IMG/VR virus record: IMGVR_UViG_3300020416_000657
Direction: 5' to 3' (one strand)
Origin: an uncultured virus (IMG/VR IMGVR_UViG_3300020416_000657)
Taxonomy: Duplodnaviria; Heunggongvirae; Uroviricota; Caudoviricetes
DNA length: 64,000 nt
Under the pieces are notes generated by a model, which was not told the origin of the DNA, made no database searches, and was given only the letters and a program-made list of their open reading frames with translations. The translations under genes and the position numbers were made by a program. How positions within the stretch are numbered: the first letter of the stretch is position 1; each line of letters begins with the position of its first letter. Shown one piece after another: positions 30,612 to 39,742 of this stretch.

Positions 30612-31457
30612 ATGTCAACTATAACACTAAGAGCATCTAAGGGTTCACCCCTCACTAATACTGAGGTGGATACTAACTTTAGTAACCTCAACAACGACAA
30701 GTATGAGTCGGGTAATAATGTGTCAGTTGGTACTCTTACTGCGAGTGGCAATGTTACTTTTGGCATCGCTGCCACGGTATCCGCTGCTGGTAGTACACAG
30801 GGTACTGCAACCGCATTAACCAAAACATACAATATTATATCTACTGCATCAGCTAACCAAGGGGTAATTTTACCCTCTGCCGCTGCTGGACTAGTAATCA
30901 ACATATACAATGTAAGTGGTAATACTATTAAAGTATATCCTGCTTCTACAGAAACCATAGATGGTGGTTCTGCAAATGCACCAATCGAAGTAGTAACTTC
31001 AAACGGTGCTGAGTTAGTTGGTGTTAGTACTGGTGGTTGGAGACAAGTTGGTTCTGGTGGTAGTAATTTATCTCAAATAACAGTAAACGATTCCGCAGAA
31101 TTGCTAGGTTCGTTGAAATACGGAGTAACTGCTTCAGTTTCAACTGCTGGTTCTGCTCAAGGTGATGCAACTGCTTTGACTGAAACAATTAATGTAATCG
31201 GTACAGTCGGTGGAGCTGCAGAAGGAGTTGTTTTACCAACCGCTGCTGCTGGACTACATGTAGTTGTCGCTAATATCACTACAACTGATTGTAAATTGTA
31301 TCCCGCTTCATCGGATACTATTGAAAGTGGTTCCGCAAATGCCGCTGTAACGCTGCCTGCGAAAACTACTATTACTTTAACATGTCAAGACGCGACCAAT
31401 TGGGTGAAACACAGAGGACTTGCAGTCTACAATTCATCTGGTTCGTTGCTCAACTAA
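30612..31457 (+). CDS. fibre-like virion protein with an internal duplication
   Basis: N-terminal ITLRASKGSPLTNTEVDTNF attachment motif; two copies of an ~80-aa unit (VSxAGSxQGxATALT...GVxLPxAAAGL...KxYPASxxTIxxGSANA). TATAAATA at 30521-30528 upstream. Confidence 0.7.
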   Translation: MSTITLRASKGSPLTNTEVDTNFSNLNNDKYESGNNVSVGTLTASGNVTFGIAATVSAAGSTQGTATALTKTYNIISTASANQGVILPSAAAGLVINIYNVSGNTIKVYPASTETIDGGSANAPIEVVTSNGAELVGVSTGGWRQVGSGGSNLSQITVNDSAELLGSLKYGVTASVSTAGSAQGDATALTETINVIGTVGGAAEGVVLPTAAAGLHVVVANITTTDCKLYPASSDTIESGSANAAVTLPAKTTITLTCQDATNWVKHRGLAVYNSSGSLLN

Positions 31458-31468
31458 GGAGAAATTGA

Positions 31469-32443
31469 ATGGCAGGGCCAGTTACACTTAAAGCAGGATC
31501 ATATCCGACTCCCGCTGGGGGCCTACAGGGTCTTAGGGAGCTATCTGCTACTGAAATAAAAGACCAAGTAGCAGGAGTTATCACAAAGAAATTCGCTGAT
31601 GATACAGACGGTTCGGGTACTGCTGAGCTAAATGTTGTAATTGGGGGTTCTGCTGGCGGAGATGAAATCGGCACATTCACAAACAGAGAGAGAACTGATG
31701 CTGTAGGTACTCACCCCTCTGGTGGAAGCACTACGGATACTGTACACCGATTCAATCAACCAACTGCTTCTGTTAGTGAGTCTGGACAAATCAATCCCCT
31801 TAGATGGACAGGAACCGCTTTAGAACAAGCAACAGATACAGAATTAGATACTGAAGTATTAGACTTAGTTATAACTGCAATGGCTGCCGAAGATGCAAAT
31901 ACAGTCGGACAATATAAAATTGGAACTGGTGCGCCTTCTGGTGGAACATGGACTGCAAGATATACTATTACAGAAACACAAGTTGACGGTACAGATGTTT
32001 CATACTTTCTTTATCAAAAAACCGCACCAACTACAGACGCTGGAACAGATTCAAACTTGTTACTAAAAGCTGGTGACGATGGCGAACCAAACGAAATGTC
32101 AACTGCAAACTTACATACAATGGTGCCCGCATTTAGAAATAGAATTATTGCTAGTGGAGTAGGAACATATTTACTTCAAACTGGCTCACCATCTGCTACT
32201 GGAACATGGGTACAGATGGGGTCAACGATGACTGACCAATTAAAAGACATCTCAACTGTAGCATACGCTGGAGACTATACTGGGTCATATACTGGGTTTT
32301 ATGACCGATTCTTTGCTGGATTCTTAAATGGTGCATACGCTGGTACATATTCTGGTACATATACTGGATACTATGACGGTAACACCGTACAAACTTCAAG
32401 TTCCACGCAAGAAACAAAACAGCTGTTTATTAGAACCGCTTAA
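31469..32443 (+). CDS. probable virion protein with C-terminal (Y/F)xG repeats
   Basis: Thr/Gly-rich; tail YAGDYTGSYTGFYDRFFAGFLNGAYAGTYSGTYTGYYDG; AGGAG Shine-Dalgarno. Confidence 0.65.
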   Translation: MAGPVTLKAGSYPTPAGGLQGLRELSATEIKDQVAGVITKKFADDTDGSGTAELNVVIGGSAGGDEIGTFTNRERTDAVGTHPSGGSTTDTVHRFNQPTASVSESGQINPLRWTGTALEQATDTELDTEVLDLVITAMAAEDANTVGQYKIGTGAPSGGTWTARYTITETQVDGTDVSYFLYQKTAPTTDAGTDSNLLLKAGDDGEPNEMSTANLHTMVPAFRNRIIASGVGTYLLQTGSPSATGTWVQMGSTMTDQLKDISTVAYAGDYTGSYTGFYDRFFAGFLNGAYAGTYSGTYTGYYDGNTVQTSSSTQETKQLFIRTA

Positions 32444-32446
32444 GAC

Positions 32447-32490
32447 TTGACATATATAGTGGGGTAGGTGTATAATAAACCTACCCATTT
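32447..32490 (+). promoter_or_regulatory. consensus sigma70 promoter embedded in an inverted repeat
   Basis: TTGACA(32447)-N18-TATAAT(32471), with GGGTAGGT...ACCTACCC flanking the -10 box. Confidence 0.7.
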
Positions 32491-32507
32491 AATCATGAGG
32501 AAATATT

Positions 32508-32951
32508 ATGACCGAAGAAAAGGCGAAATATCGCAACCCCCGATGGATAGATAAAGAAAACCGATCGCTATTCTGCGAGATTTTGGTTGGAAAGAATTAT
32601 CGTCCAGCACAAATCAATGTTGGTAATATCAAAGAAGGTCTTGTCAATGAGGACTTTAATGCCATCATGGAAATCTTCACCGAAAAAGATATCGATGAAA
32701 ATACAGAAGCACACAAAGAGGTTGTAGCAGAACAAGAACTAAAAGATGCTGAACAACGCGAGGTTCATAGGAACAGAATACTGCAAGAATCATTATTCAA
32801 TATGAAACTAGAAGCTTTTGAAATCGATGCAATCAAAAACTCTAACAACAAAGAAATCAAAAAACTTATTCGTAAAGCAAAAACCCAGTTAGAAGTACAA
32901 GCATGGGTTACTATATTGATTCAAAAAGAAGCATTACCAACGGAACCGTAA
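32508..32951 (+). CDS. hypothetical protein, possible fibre assembly chaperone
   Basis: N-terminal YRNPRWIDKENRSLFCEI resembles the start of tail-fibre assembly proteins; GAGG Shine-Dalgarno. Confidence 0.5.
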   Translation: MTEEKAKYRNPRWIDKENRSLFCEILVGKNYRPAQINVGNIKEGLVNEDFNAIMEIFTEKDIDENTEAHKEVVAEQELKDAEQREVHRNRILQESLFNMKLEAFEIDAIKNSNNKEIKKLIRKAKTQLEVQAWVTILIQKEALPTEP

Positions 32952-33655
32952 TGAATGGATATCTTTATGTTGCTTCTCGTGATGAAAGATATTTACAAGC
33001 CGCTATTCAATCCGCTGAATCATTATTAGACTTTCATCCCAAAGCAAAGATTACACTTTTTACAGAAGAAAGGTGGGATGGAACATATGATAAAAGTATG
33101 TTTGATAATGTATTTTATTGTGATGACCATGTGAGAGCAAAACTCTGGGCATTATCCAGAACTCCATACGAAAAGACAATGTATATAGATTGTGACACCT
33201 ATATTCAACACGAAGATATAAAAAAGGTCTTTACATTTGTAAAAGATAATGATATAATATTTACTAGAAACAGACCATACAATGCAAAGATAACTAAGTT
33301 AAATGATACGGAGGAAATGATATATCATTGTGGTGTCTTTGTATATAAAAAGAAACCTATTGTACTTGAATTGATGGACGATTGGTTTCAACAATACTGT
33401 GACCAGATTAGACCAGAGTATGACCAATCACCATATCCGAGAGAAGTCTGTAAGTGGGATACATTTAGTATGTGGTATCTTTTAGAAAAGAAATATAAGG
33501 ACAAAATTAAAGTTGGAGACTTCCCATGGCCAGATGCTAGATGGAACTTCTGCATGGGACAACGACCAGAAGAGTTGGCGGGAATGCCTATTATTATAAC
33601 ACACTACACCTTGGATAGAATATATAAAGAACAAGAATCTTTTCAGTTAAAATGA
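32951..33655 (+). CDS. GT-A fold glycosyltransferase
   Basis: GYLYVA, SAESL, TPYEKTMYIDCDT (DxD), HCGVFVY, RWNF and IITHY motifs; TAATG coupling to the upstream ORF. Confidence 0.8.
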   Translation: MNGYLYVASRDERYLQAAIQSAESLLDFHPKAKITLFTEERWDGTYDKSMFDNVFYCDDHVRAKLWALSRTPYEKTMYIDCDTYIQHEDIKKVFTFVKDNDIIFTRNRPYNAKITKLNDTEEMIYHCGVFVYKKKPIVLELMDDWFQQYCDQIRPEYDQSPYPREVCKWDTFSMWYLLEKKYKDKIKVGDFPWPDARWNFCMGQRPEELAGMPIIITHYTLDRIYKEQESFQLK

Positions 33656-34290
33656 AAACAATAAAATTAGTAAATCCAGAGTTAATAGAAATCCTCGACA
33701 AGTGGATGGACTTCTATAATAACAACGCAATACAACCTTTACCTATGGACGAAAGAAGATTTGGTGACAGGGATATGGATTACTATTGTTCGGAAGAATA
33801 TCTTAGAGAGGTTCAGGCAAAGGGTGAAGACCACAAAGGCCCACCAGAGTATGCGAAGGTATGTGATTTTCATTTGACACATGGAGTTGATAAAGAACTT
33901 AGAAGAGAGTCTTTGAAGACTTGTGCTGAATTATCCGCGTGGTTGTGTGCTAAGTTTAACGCGGTACATGTTTACTATCCTGCTGGTGGTTTCATGTCTT
34001 GGCATAATAACTGGGACTGTCCAGGCTATAATATTTTAATGTCTTATAGTGATGGGTGTGGATTCTTTAAACACTTAGATGAAGATGGAAATGTTGTGAC
34101 TATCCATGACCCAGTAGGGTGGAATGTGAAGATAGGATATTATGGTGGTAAAGACGAAACTCCATACTGGCATACTGCTGGAAGTAGAGGCCCGCGTCAA
34201 ACATTTGGTTTTGTTATACCAGATGAATACCTATGGAAACAGATGGTAGCAGATATTGATATGAGTGAATATCCACTATTAGATTTTTAG
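33652..34290 (+). CDS. double-stranded beta-helix (2OG-Fe(II) oxygenase/cupin-like) protein
   Basis: YYPAGGFMSWHNN ... WHTAGS..RQTFGF pattern (HxN...H...R), like 2OG oxygenase cores. Confidence 0.5.
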   Translation: MKTIKLVNPELIEILDKWMDFYNNNAIQPLPMDERRFGDRDMDYYCSEEYLREVQAKGEDHKGPPEYAKVCDFHLTHGVDKELRRESLKTCAELSAWLCAKFNAVHVYYPAGGFMSWHNNWDCPGYNILMSYSDGCGFFKHLDEDGNVVTIHDPVGWNVKIGYYGGKDETPYWHTAGSRGPRQTFGFVIPDEYLWKQMVADIDMSEYPLLDF

Positions 34291-34970
34291 AAGAATCCTT
34301 CCCTCTGTCCTATAATCATAAATCTATCAAACTCCTTTTTACCATCCCAAGAATAATATATTTGTTGTTTGGTTCCTTCATATCCACACTCTTCTATTCC
34401 TATCTGTTCTTTTAGTGCCTCGATTGAGTTCACACAATTGATACCATACATCTCTTCAACTACATTAGAGTTCTGCATCGCGTACACGGCATTGGGATTC
34501 TTACCCACTAGTTCTGTTAGAGGATACATTTGTTCTGTGTGAATACAAATTACTATATCAACATCAATCTTATTTAGATTCTCAAACTCAAACGGTATGT
34601 CTAGATTCCAATGACGAATGTTTACAAACTTCTCTTGGGCATAGTACTTGTGAAATGATTTAGAAAGATTGATACTCTCTTCATCCATGTCCACTAAATG
34701 AATTTGTGCGACATCTAAGTTTTCACATAAAAGAGGAACCATAGGAAGACCTAACCAAGAATTAAGAATTAATATTCTAAGATTACCTTGTTTGGTATAA
34801 TATTCTTCCAAGTACTCTTTCAGTTCTTCAACCAACCAGATTGAAGCATCCATATTATTTTCCTGTAGAGATTGTCTAAAATCTACAAGTTTGTGAGGCA
34901 TTTTGTTTTCTATAACATGTAACGCCTCGCCCCAGTATTTAAAGTTATTTAAAAAATTAAAATTTAACAT
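34287..34970 (-). CDS. class I SAM-dependent methyltransferase-like protein with degenerate motif I
   Basis: RILILNSWLG...IHLVDMD...DIVICIHTEQM...AMQNSN...INCVNS...DRFMIIG; Rossmann-like strand order. Confidence 0.55.
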   Translation of the reverse strand: MLNFNFLNNFKYWGEALHVIENKMPHKLVDFRQSLQENNMDASIWLVEELKEYLEEYYTKQGNLRILILNSWLGLPMVPLLCENLDVAQIHLVDMDEESINLSKSFHKYYAQEKFVNIRHWNLDIPFEFENLNKIDVDIVICIHTEQMYPLTELVGKNPNAVYAMQNSNVVEEMYGINCVNSIEALKEQIGIEECGYEGTKQQIYYSWDGKKEFDRFMIIGQREGFF

Positions 34971-35640
34971 CTTCACCTTTTCCCATTGAGTCAAAAATAC
35001 AAACATAAGGTAGTTCGCGGTATGTGTGTTTATCTATATCGTGTGGGAAGACATAGCCTTGGTTAAAACTATATACCCAACCTATAGGAAACAATTTGAT
35101 TTTGGTTATTCTTCTGTTATAAAAGAAGTTATCAAGACCACGATAGTACCATAGTATTTGTTTCTGATATTTATTAAAGTATTCTGTAATCTCTTCTGTG
35201 TTTAAGTTATCATTCCACCTCAGAACCGAAGAGTTTAGATCTGTATATTTATGTGGAATGTGTCTAGTGTTTTTATATTGAGTTTCTAAATCGTGCCAGT
35301 ATGTCTTTACGAAACAAAGACAATCCTCTGGGTCATAGTTTACGATAGGAGTTATGTCTTTCTGAATGATAGTATCAATATCAAAGAACATCTTTTCACC
35401 TTTCTGCGTGACGATGTTACTGTCAAAGAGGTACATCTTATTCCACCACTTCACTAGTTTGTTTCCGCCAGGCAATGCGAGTGGCGTAATGTTCTTATCT
35501 AACCCCTTTGGATTTTCTGTTAGGCAAAAGAAATCGAAGTGTCCATCTGGGGGTGTATAAAATTCTTTACACGCCTCATATACATTATTGACATGTTGAT
35601 AGTTATACTTGTCACCCCACTTTACTGTGTAGATATTCAA
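34957..35640 (-). CDS. GT-A glycosyltransferase (KWGxKY family)
   Basis: VKWGDKY, FFCLTE, WWNKMYLF, FFDID (DxD) and NSSVLRW motifs. Confidence 0.8.
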   Translation of the reverse strand: MNIYTVKWGDKYNYQHVNNVYEACKEFYTPPDGHFDFFCLTENPKGLDKNITPLALPGGNKLVKWWNKMYLFDSNIVTQKGEKMFFDIDTIIQKDITPIVNYDPEDCLCFVKTYWHDLETQYKNTRHIPHKYTDLNSSVLRWNDNLNTEEITEYFNKYQKQILWYYRGLDNFFYNRRITKIKLFPIGWVYSFNQGYVFPHDIDKHTYRELPYVCIFDSMGKGEDVKF

Positions 35641-36263
35641 AATGGTTCCCTCTCATAAACTACATTACCAGACGCGGTAATCCTTTCACCATCTGAAGTA
35701 TAAAAGGGATAAACCATGTGTGGCAGTTTTGCATCAAACAAAATCATCTTTCCTTCAAACCCTTGGTCAACATTTATTGCCAGTTCTTCTGGTACACCCA
35801 TTGGTGAGTTTACCACAAAACATAACCTTGAAGTTTTTGGGTCTTGTTTTTCTGGGAAGAATTTATCTTCATCTTCCAAGTTATACGGAATATTGATAAA
35901 AATTACAAATGAAAACAATCCGCCATGATTGTGCATAGGATTGAATTCGTGTTTCTTTTGATAGTTAATCCATACGCTTTCTAAACCAATAGGTAATAAC
36001 GGATGACTTGTGTCTTTATGTATCTTCATATACCGTTGTACTTCTTGTCTGTAGAAGTGACTCATAATATCTTCTTTAACCTCCCACGGCATATCCTCAA
36101 TTCTTATTTGTTTATCCAGATGTCCTGCTAAGTTATAATTGTTTGAAGTTTCACCCACAAACTTTCTATAATAATTCAAGGTATCCATAGATACCTCACC
36201 TGTCCAGATACAATTATGTTTTGATATCTGTTCTTCGGCTATAAACCAATTTGGACTCATCAT
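35637..36263 (-). CDS. putative 2OG-Fe(II) oxygenase
   Basis: WINYQKKHEFNPMHNH..FSFVIF...EGKMILF...HMVYPF...RITASGN, the common marine-phage 2OG oxygenase pattern. Confidence 0.8.
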   Translation of the reverse strand: MMSPNWFIAEEQISKHNCIWTGEVSMDTLNYYRKFVGETSNNYNLAGHLDKQIRIEDMPWEVKEDIMSHFYRQEVQRYMKIHKDTSHPLLPIGLESVWINYQKKHEFNPMHNHGGLFSFVIFINIPYNLEDEDKFFPEKQDPKTSRLCFVVNSPMGVPEELAINVDQGFEGKMILFDAKLPHMVYPFYTSDGERITASGNVVYEREPF

Positions 36264-36421
36264 TACCAATGTCTCAATACTCCCGATATAATAAAGAAAC
36301 AGGTGAAGAAGTTTACCAAGACAACTATGGTTCTCATTATTGCAACCATATCAGCCTCGTGTGAATCATCCGATGCCTTTTCTCCTAAAGACATGCACCA
36401 TAGTTTCCAAAGTTTTTTCAT
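36263..36421 (-). CDS. small membrane protein, 52 aa (not in the ORF track)
   Basis: MKKLWKLWCMSLGEKASDDSHEADMVAIMRTIVVLVNFFTCFFIISGVLRHW*; GGAGG Shine-Dalgarno, TAATG coupling to the next gene, one hydrophobic helix. Confidence 0.7.
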   Translation of the reverse strand: MKKLWKLWCMSLGEKASDDSHEADMVAIMRTIVVLVNFFTCFFIISGVLRHW

Positions 36422-36423
36422 TT

Positions 36424-37236
36424 CTACCTCCAATGTTCTAATAGTTTGGGGTCTGCGAGGTCATCTTGTTTAGTGTGTCCTCTGCTTTCATCCTCAAACG
36501 GTAACAAATCTACATTAAATACACACAAAATACAATTGGGTCTGTATATACCCACATTCAAATCATCTTCATCCCATGACCTACCTCTATTATATGAGTA
36601 CGCCATCCATGATGGAAAGTAATCCCATAGTTTAGCACCATACTCACCCCATCTCCAAGAGTGATAGTTATCAGTCCCATCTGTATATGTGAACCATATC
36701 TTTTCTTGGTTTTCTAATACATCTTCCCATATAGGTTCACATTGGTCATCACTCCATACTTGACAACTTCCATTCGTGTACGCACCATGTGCTAGTTTAA
36801 ATTGTCTAGTCTTCATGGGTTTCGGGTCTTGCCACCAAGACCGCATTTTAGTTGGTTGTTCTGTGTTGTAAGTTAGAAGTGGTGTAATATCATTCTGAAT
36901 AATTACATCCAAATCAAAGAAGATGAAGCGTCCTGTCGGCTTATCTGGGCCGAAATTGTGAGTATTAAAAACGAAAGTTTTAGGCCTGTCCCAACAGCGA
37001 GCCATGCCGTACTTAAACTCGTCAGCGCCGAACCAGTATTTAGGATGGATGGTAGGGATATCGGGAAATGGTATAACCTTAATATCTGGTAATAATCCCT
37101 TATCGTTGTCCGTATAACAGTAGAAATGAAAATCCATTGTCGAAGGTGTATTGCGCTTAGACATGTTATAAAGACGGTTAACAAAGTGCGGGCCATATTT
37201 TTCTCCCCATTTACTACAAACTACATTAACTCGCAT
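36424..37236 (-). CDS. GT-A glycosyltransferase (KWGxKY family)
   Basis: SKWGEKY, FYCYTD, CWDRPK, FFDLDVII (DxD), NGSCQVW and YSYNRG motifs. Confidence 0.8.
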   Translation of the reverse strand: MRVNVVCSKWGEKYGPHFVNRLYNMSKRNTPSTMDFHFYCYTDNDKGLLPDIKVIPFPDIPTIHPKYWFGADEFKYGMARCWDRPKTFVFNTHNFGPDKPTGRFIFFDLDVIIQNDITPLLTYNTEQPTKMRSWWQDPKPMKTRQFKLAHGAYTNGSCQVWSDDQCEPIWEDVLENQEKIWFTYTDGTDNYHSWRWGEYGAKLWDYFPSWMAYSYNRGRSWDEDDLNVGIYRPNCILCVFNVDLLPFEDESRGHTKQDDLADPKLLEHWR

Positions 37237-39742
37237 GGCAATCTCCACAATTTCTGGTACAAACGCTGAGGGGTTTCCTCTTCAAGTGTTGACTTATGTT
37301 CTCAAAGTCATGGTTATAAATTATCTCACCGATATTAAATTTCGTCCCATCATTATACTTGAAATTGTATGTATAGTCAATAGGATGATAAGGAAATAAT
37401 TTGTGTTCCATTACATCTCTAGCAATGTACGCACACGGAAAAAGGTTGCCTTGCGAATTCACATAAAAATATTCACTTTTCCTCGCGTCACACCATACTG
37501 GTTCCTTCTCTTTCATCTTAGGTTTCTTGGTTCGTACTTCCTCATCCTTCTTAAACCGTTTCAATGTTTCCAGACTTACTGGAATATCACTAGCAATACT
37601 ATCATTTACCTTTATTTCGTTCTCGGTTGGTTGTGTAGGAAGTACATGTTCAACCCTATCAACAAAAGGTAGGTCTTTTATATATGACTTAAATGTTTGA
37701 ACGGTAACTGTACAGCCTAATTTTTCTTTAAAATACCGACAAATAGACTCAATTTGGTCACAGTTTGTCGGGTCTGTGATTTCACACATAAATGTAACCC
37801 ATTGTAACTTGAAGTTTTCAACTACAGTCTTGAGAGAATCTAGTGTATGTTCTTTTCCATTGACAAAAATATCATTAAATTCATTCCCAGTATCATTTTG
37901 TTTGGTAGATAGTTGTATTAATGCACCTTCTGGATTGCCATCATCATACAATCCTGTGTATAAGTCACTATATTGTTCCCCATGCATTTGAAAATACTTG
38001 ACAAGAGTATCATTATCTTTTACACTATCTTGATTAATGATTGATATGAGTTCTTGTTTGGGCATGATGTTGTATAGTCTTTCAAATACTTTCTCATAAT
38101 CTTCTTTATAAAATAATTCTTTTAGGTTCTGTAAATAGTATTTCTTGTACAGGGATTGAACATCTTCAGCTGACGCATCCCAGAACACCCTTTGCATCCC
38201 ATGTTCTTTGATGTTATCCATGACATCTTTTTTGATTTGTGGTAGTGTGTTTTTATCCCATAGTCTTTTATACAACGCGAAACATTGTAGAAAACTTATG
38301 TTCCAGAAATATCTAACAGCGCCCAGTTCTTTCGCTTCATCAAACGCGGTTAGATGAGACTTATATATGTACCTCTGTTTGTAAAAGTCATATATCTCAT
38401 TTGCATCTTTGTTCCAATACAAAGACTCATCACCCTGTAACAGTACAGGGTCATCTGGATAGTCAGCGAGAAACTTTTTATGCATTGAAATCATATCACC
38501 AGAATCATATAGTTCTTTGATAATATCCTTGTGGTGCGGTTCTATTTGTCGTATAAAAATAAGGTCAGATATCTCTCTTTCTAATTCTGGTACATGTACC
38601 TTCACTTCAGAAATTGTACCTTTAAAATATTCTTCCAACTCTGGGAAGTCATTAATCATTTTTTCTGAAAGGGATTGCAAATCATTTGTTTCAATAAGTT
38701 CTTTTATGTCTGATATTGTATCCTTGTCCATATAGTTTTCTTGTAGCATACTATCTGTTAAAGATTCAAATCCAATCCACTCGCGTAGTGTTTCAAACTC
38801 TTTTGAATATTGTTCCCAATCTTGTTTTAGTTGTGGTAAGTCTTTGAAGAATTTTTCTTCTAGTGTATCGTAGTCTTTAGTACGCAATAACTGAGATATC
38901 TTATTGGTATGTTTATTTTTATCAAAGAAGTTATCTGGAAACTTGGGTAACCACAATCTTTCAAATTCTGTTTTGCCGTGCCAATGTGTGAGTAGATTGT
39001 AATCTCTTAACTCGTGTGGTTTGAGATTGTTTTTGTTTCTACCACCAACGGATGCTTCAAAGATACAGAATTTTGCACTTTCTCTATACAGGTGTTGCGT
39101 GACATCATTGGGATGTTGTCTCCCTCTATTGTAGGAGTATACCCAATCACTAGGTAAGAACGACCAATAGTTATCGCCTACTGCTTGATGTTCTCTGTAT
39201 GGGTAGTAGTTATCGGTTCCTTTCCAAAAGGTTTTAAACACCGTGTCCTTGTGTTTCATTACATCATTGTAAATCTTTTCCCCTTGGTCAGTACACCATA
39301 ACATGACACTAGAGTTGTATAATGTGCCACGCATGTCTGTAAATCTTCTGTCATTGAGAACTTTTGGATTTTCCCAATTGGAATAAATCATGTGCGGAGT
39401 TTTCGATAGTTCAAATATGTCATCGATGTTGTTTTGAATTATGACATCTAAATCCAGATAACAGAAAGGCCCTTTGGTTTTTAACCAATGGTGGGAATTG
39501 AGAACAAGAAACTTTGCTCTATCCCAACAGAAGTTTTCTTGACCAAACCAATGCCGTGGATGGAGAGGGTCTACATTGGGTATAGACCGAATCTTAATAT
39601 CCTTGTGTATATCTTCTGGTTCGTCTGTGTAGCATATGAACTTAAACCTTTTGGTGTAGTTCTGCTGAACCATTCTGTATAGATTATTTACATATTCTGG
39701 AGAGTACTTATTCCCCCATTTCATGCAAAGAAAGTGCATCAT
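37226..39742 (-). CDS. fusion protein: GT-A glycosyltransferase, helical region, degenerate radical SAM/SPASM-like C-terminus
   Basis: N-terminal MKWGNKY, YLDLDVII, NSSVMLW; C-terminal WCDA...YVNSQGNLFPCAY...VCTRNCG. No CxxxCxxC motif present. Confidence 0.7.
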   Translation of the reverse strand: MMHFLCMKWGNKYSPEYVNNLYRMVQQNYTKRFKFICYTDEPEDIHKDIKIRSIPNVDPLHPRHWFGQENFCWDRAKFLVLNSHHWLKTKGPFCYLDLDVIIQNNIDDIFELSKTPHMIYSNWENPKVLNDRRFTDMRGTLYNSSVMLWCTDQGEKIYNDVMKHKDTVFKTFWKGTDNYYPYREHQAVGDNYWSFLPSDWVYSYNRGRQHPNDVTQHLYRESAKFCIFEASVGGRNKNNLKPHELRDYNLLTHWHGKTEFERLWLPKFPDNFFDKNKHTNKISQLLRTKDYDTLEEKFFKDLPQLKQDWEQYSKEFETLREWIGFESLTDSMLQENYMDKDTISDIKELIETNDLQSLSEKMINDFPELEEYFKGTISEVKVHVPELEREISDLIFIRQIEPHHKDIIKELYDSGDMISMHKKFLADYPDDPVLLQGDESLYWNKDANEIYDFYKQRYIYKSHLTAFDEAKELGAVRYFWNISFLQCFALYKRLWDKNTLPQIKKDVMDNIKEHGMQRVFWDASAEDVQSLYKKYYLQNLKELFYKEDYEKVFERLYNIMPKQELISIINQDSVKDNDTLVKYFQMHGEQYSDLYTGLYDDGNPEGALIQLSTKQNDTGNEFNDIFVNGKEHTLDSLKTVVENFKLQWVTFMCEITDPTNCDQIESICRYFKEKLGCTVTVQTFKSYIKDLPFVDRVEHVLPTQPTENEIKVNDSIASDIPVSLETLKRFKKDEEVRTKKPKMKEKEPVWCDARKSEYFYVNSQGNLFPCAYIARDVMEHKLFPYHPIDYTYNFKYNDGTKFNIGEIIYNHDFENISQHLKRKPLSVCTRNCGDCHAS

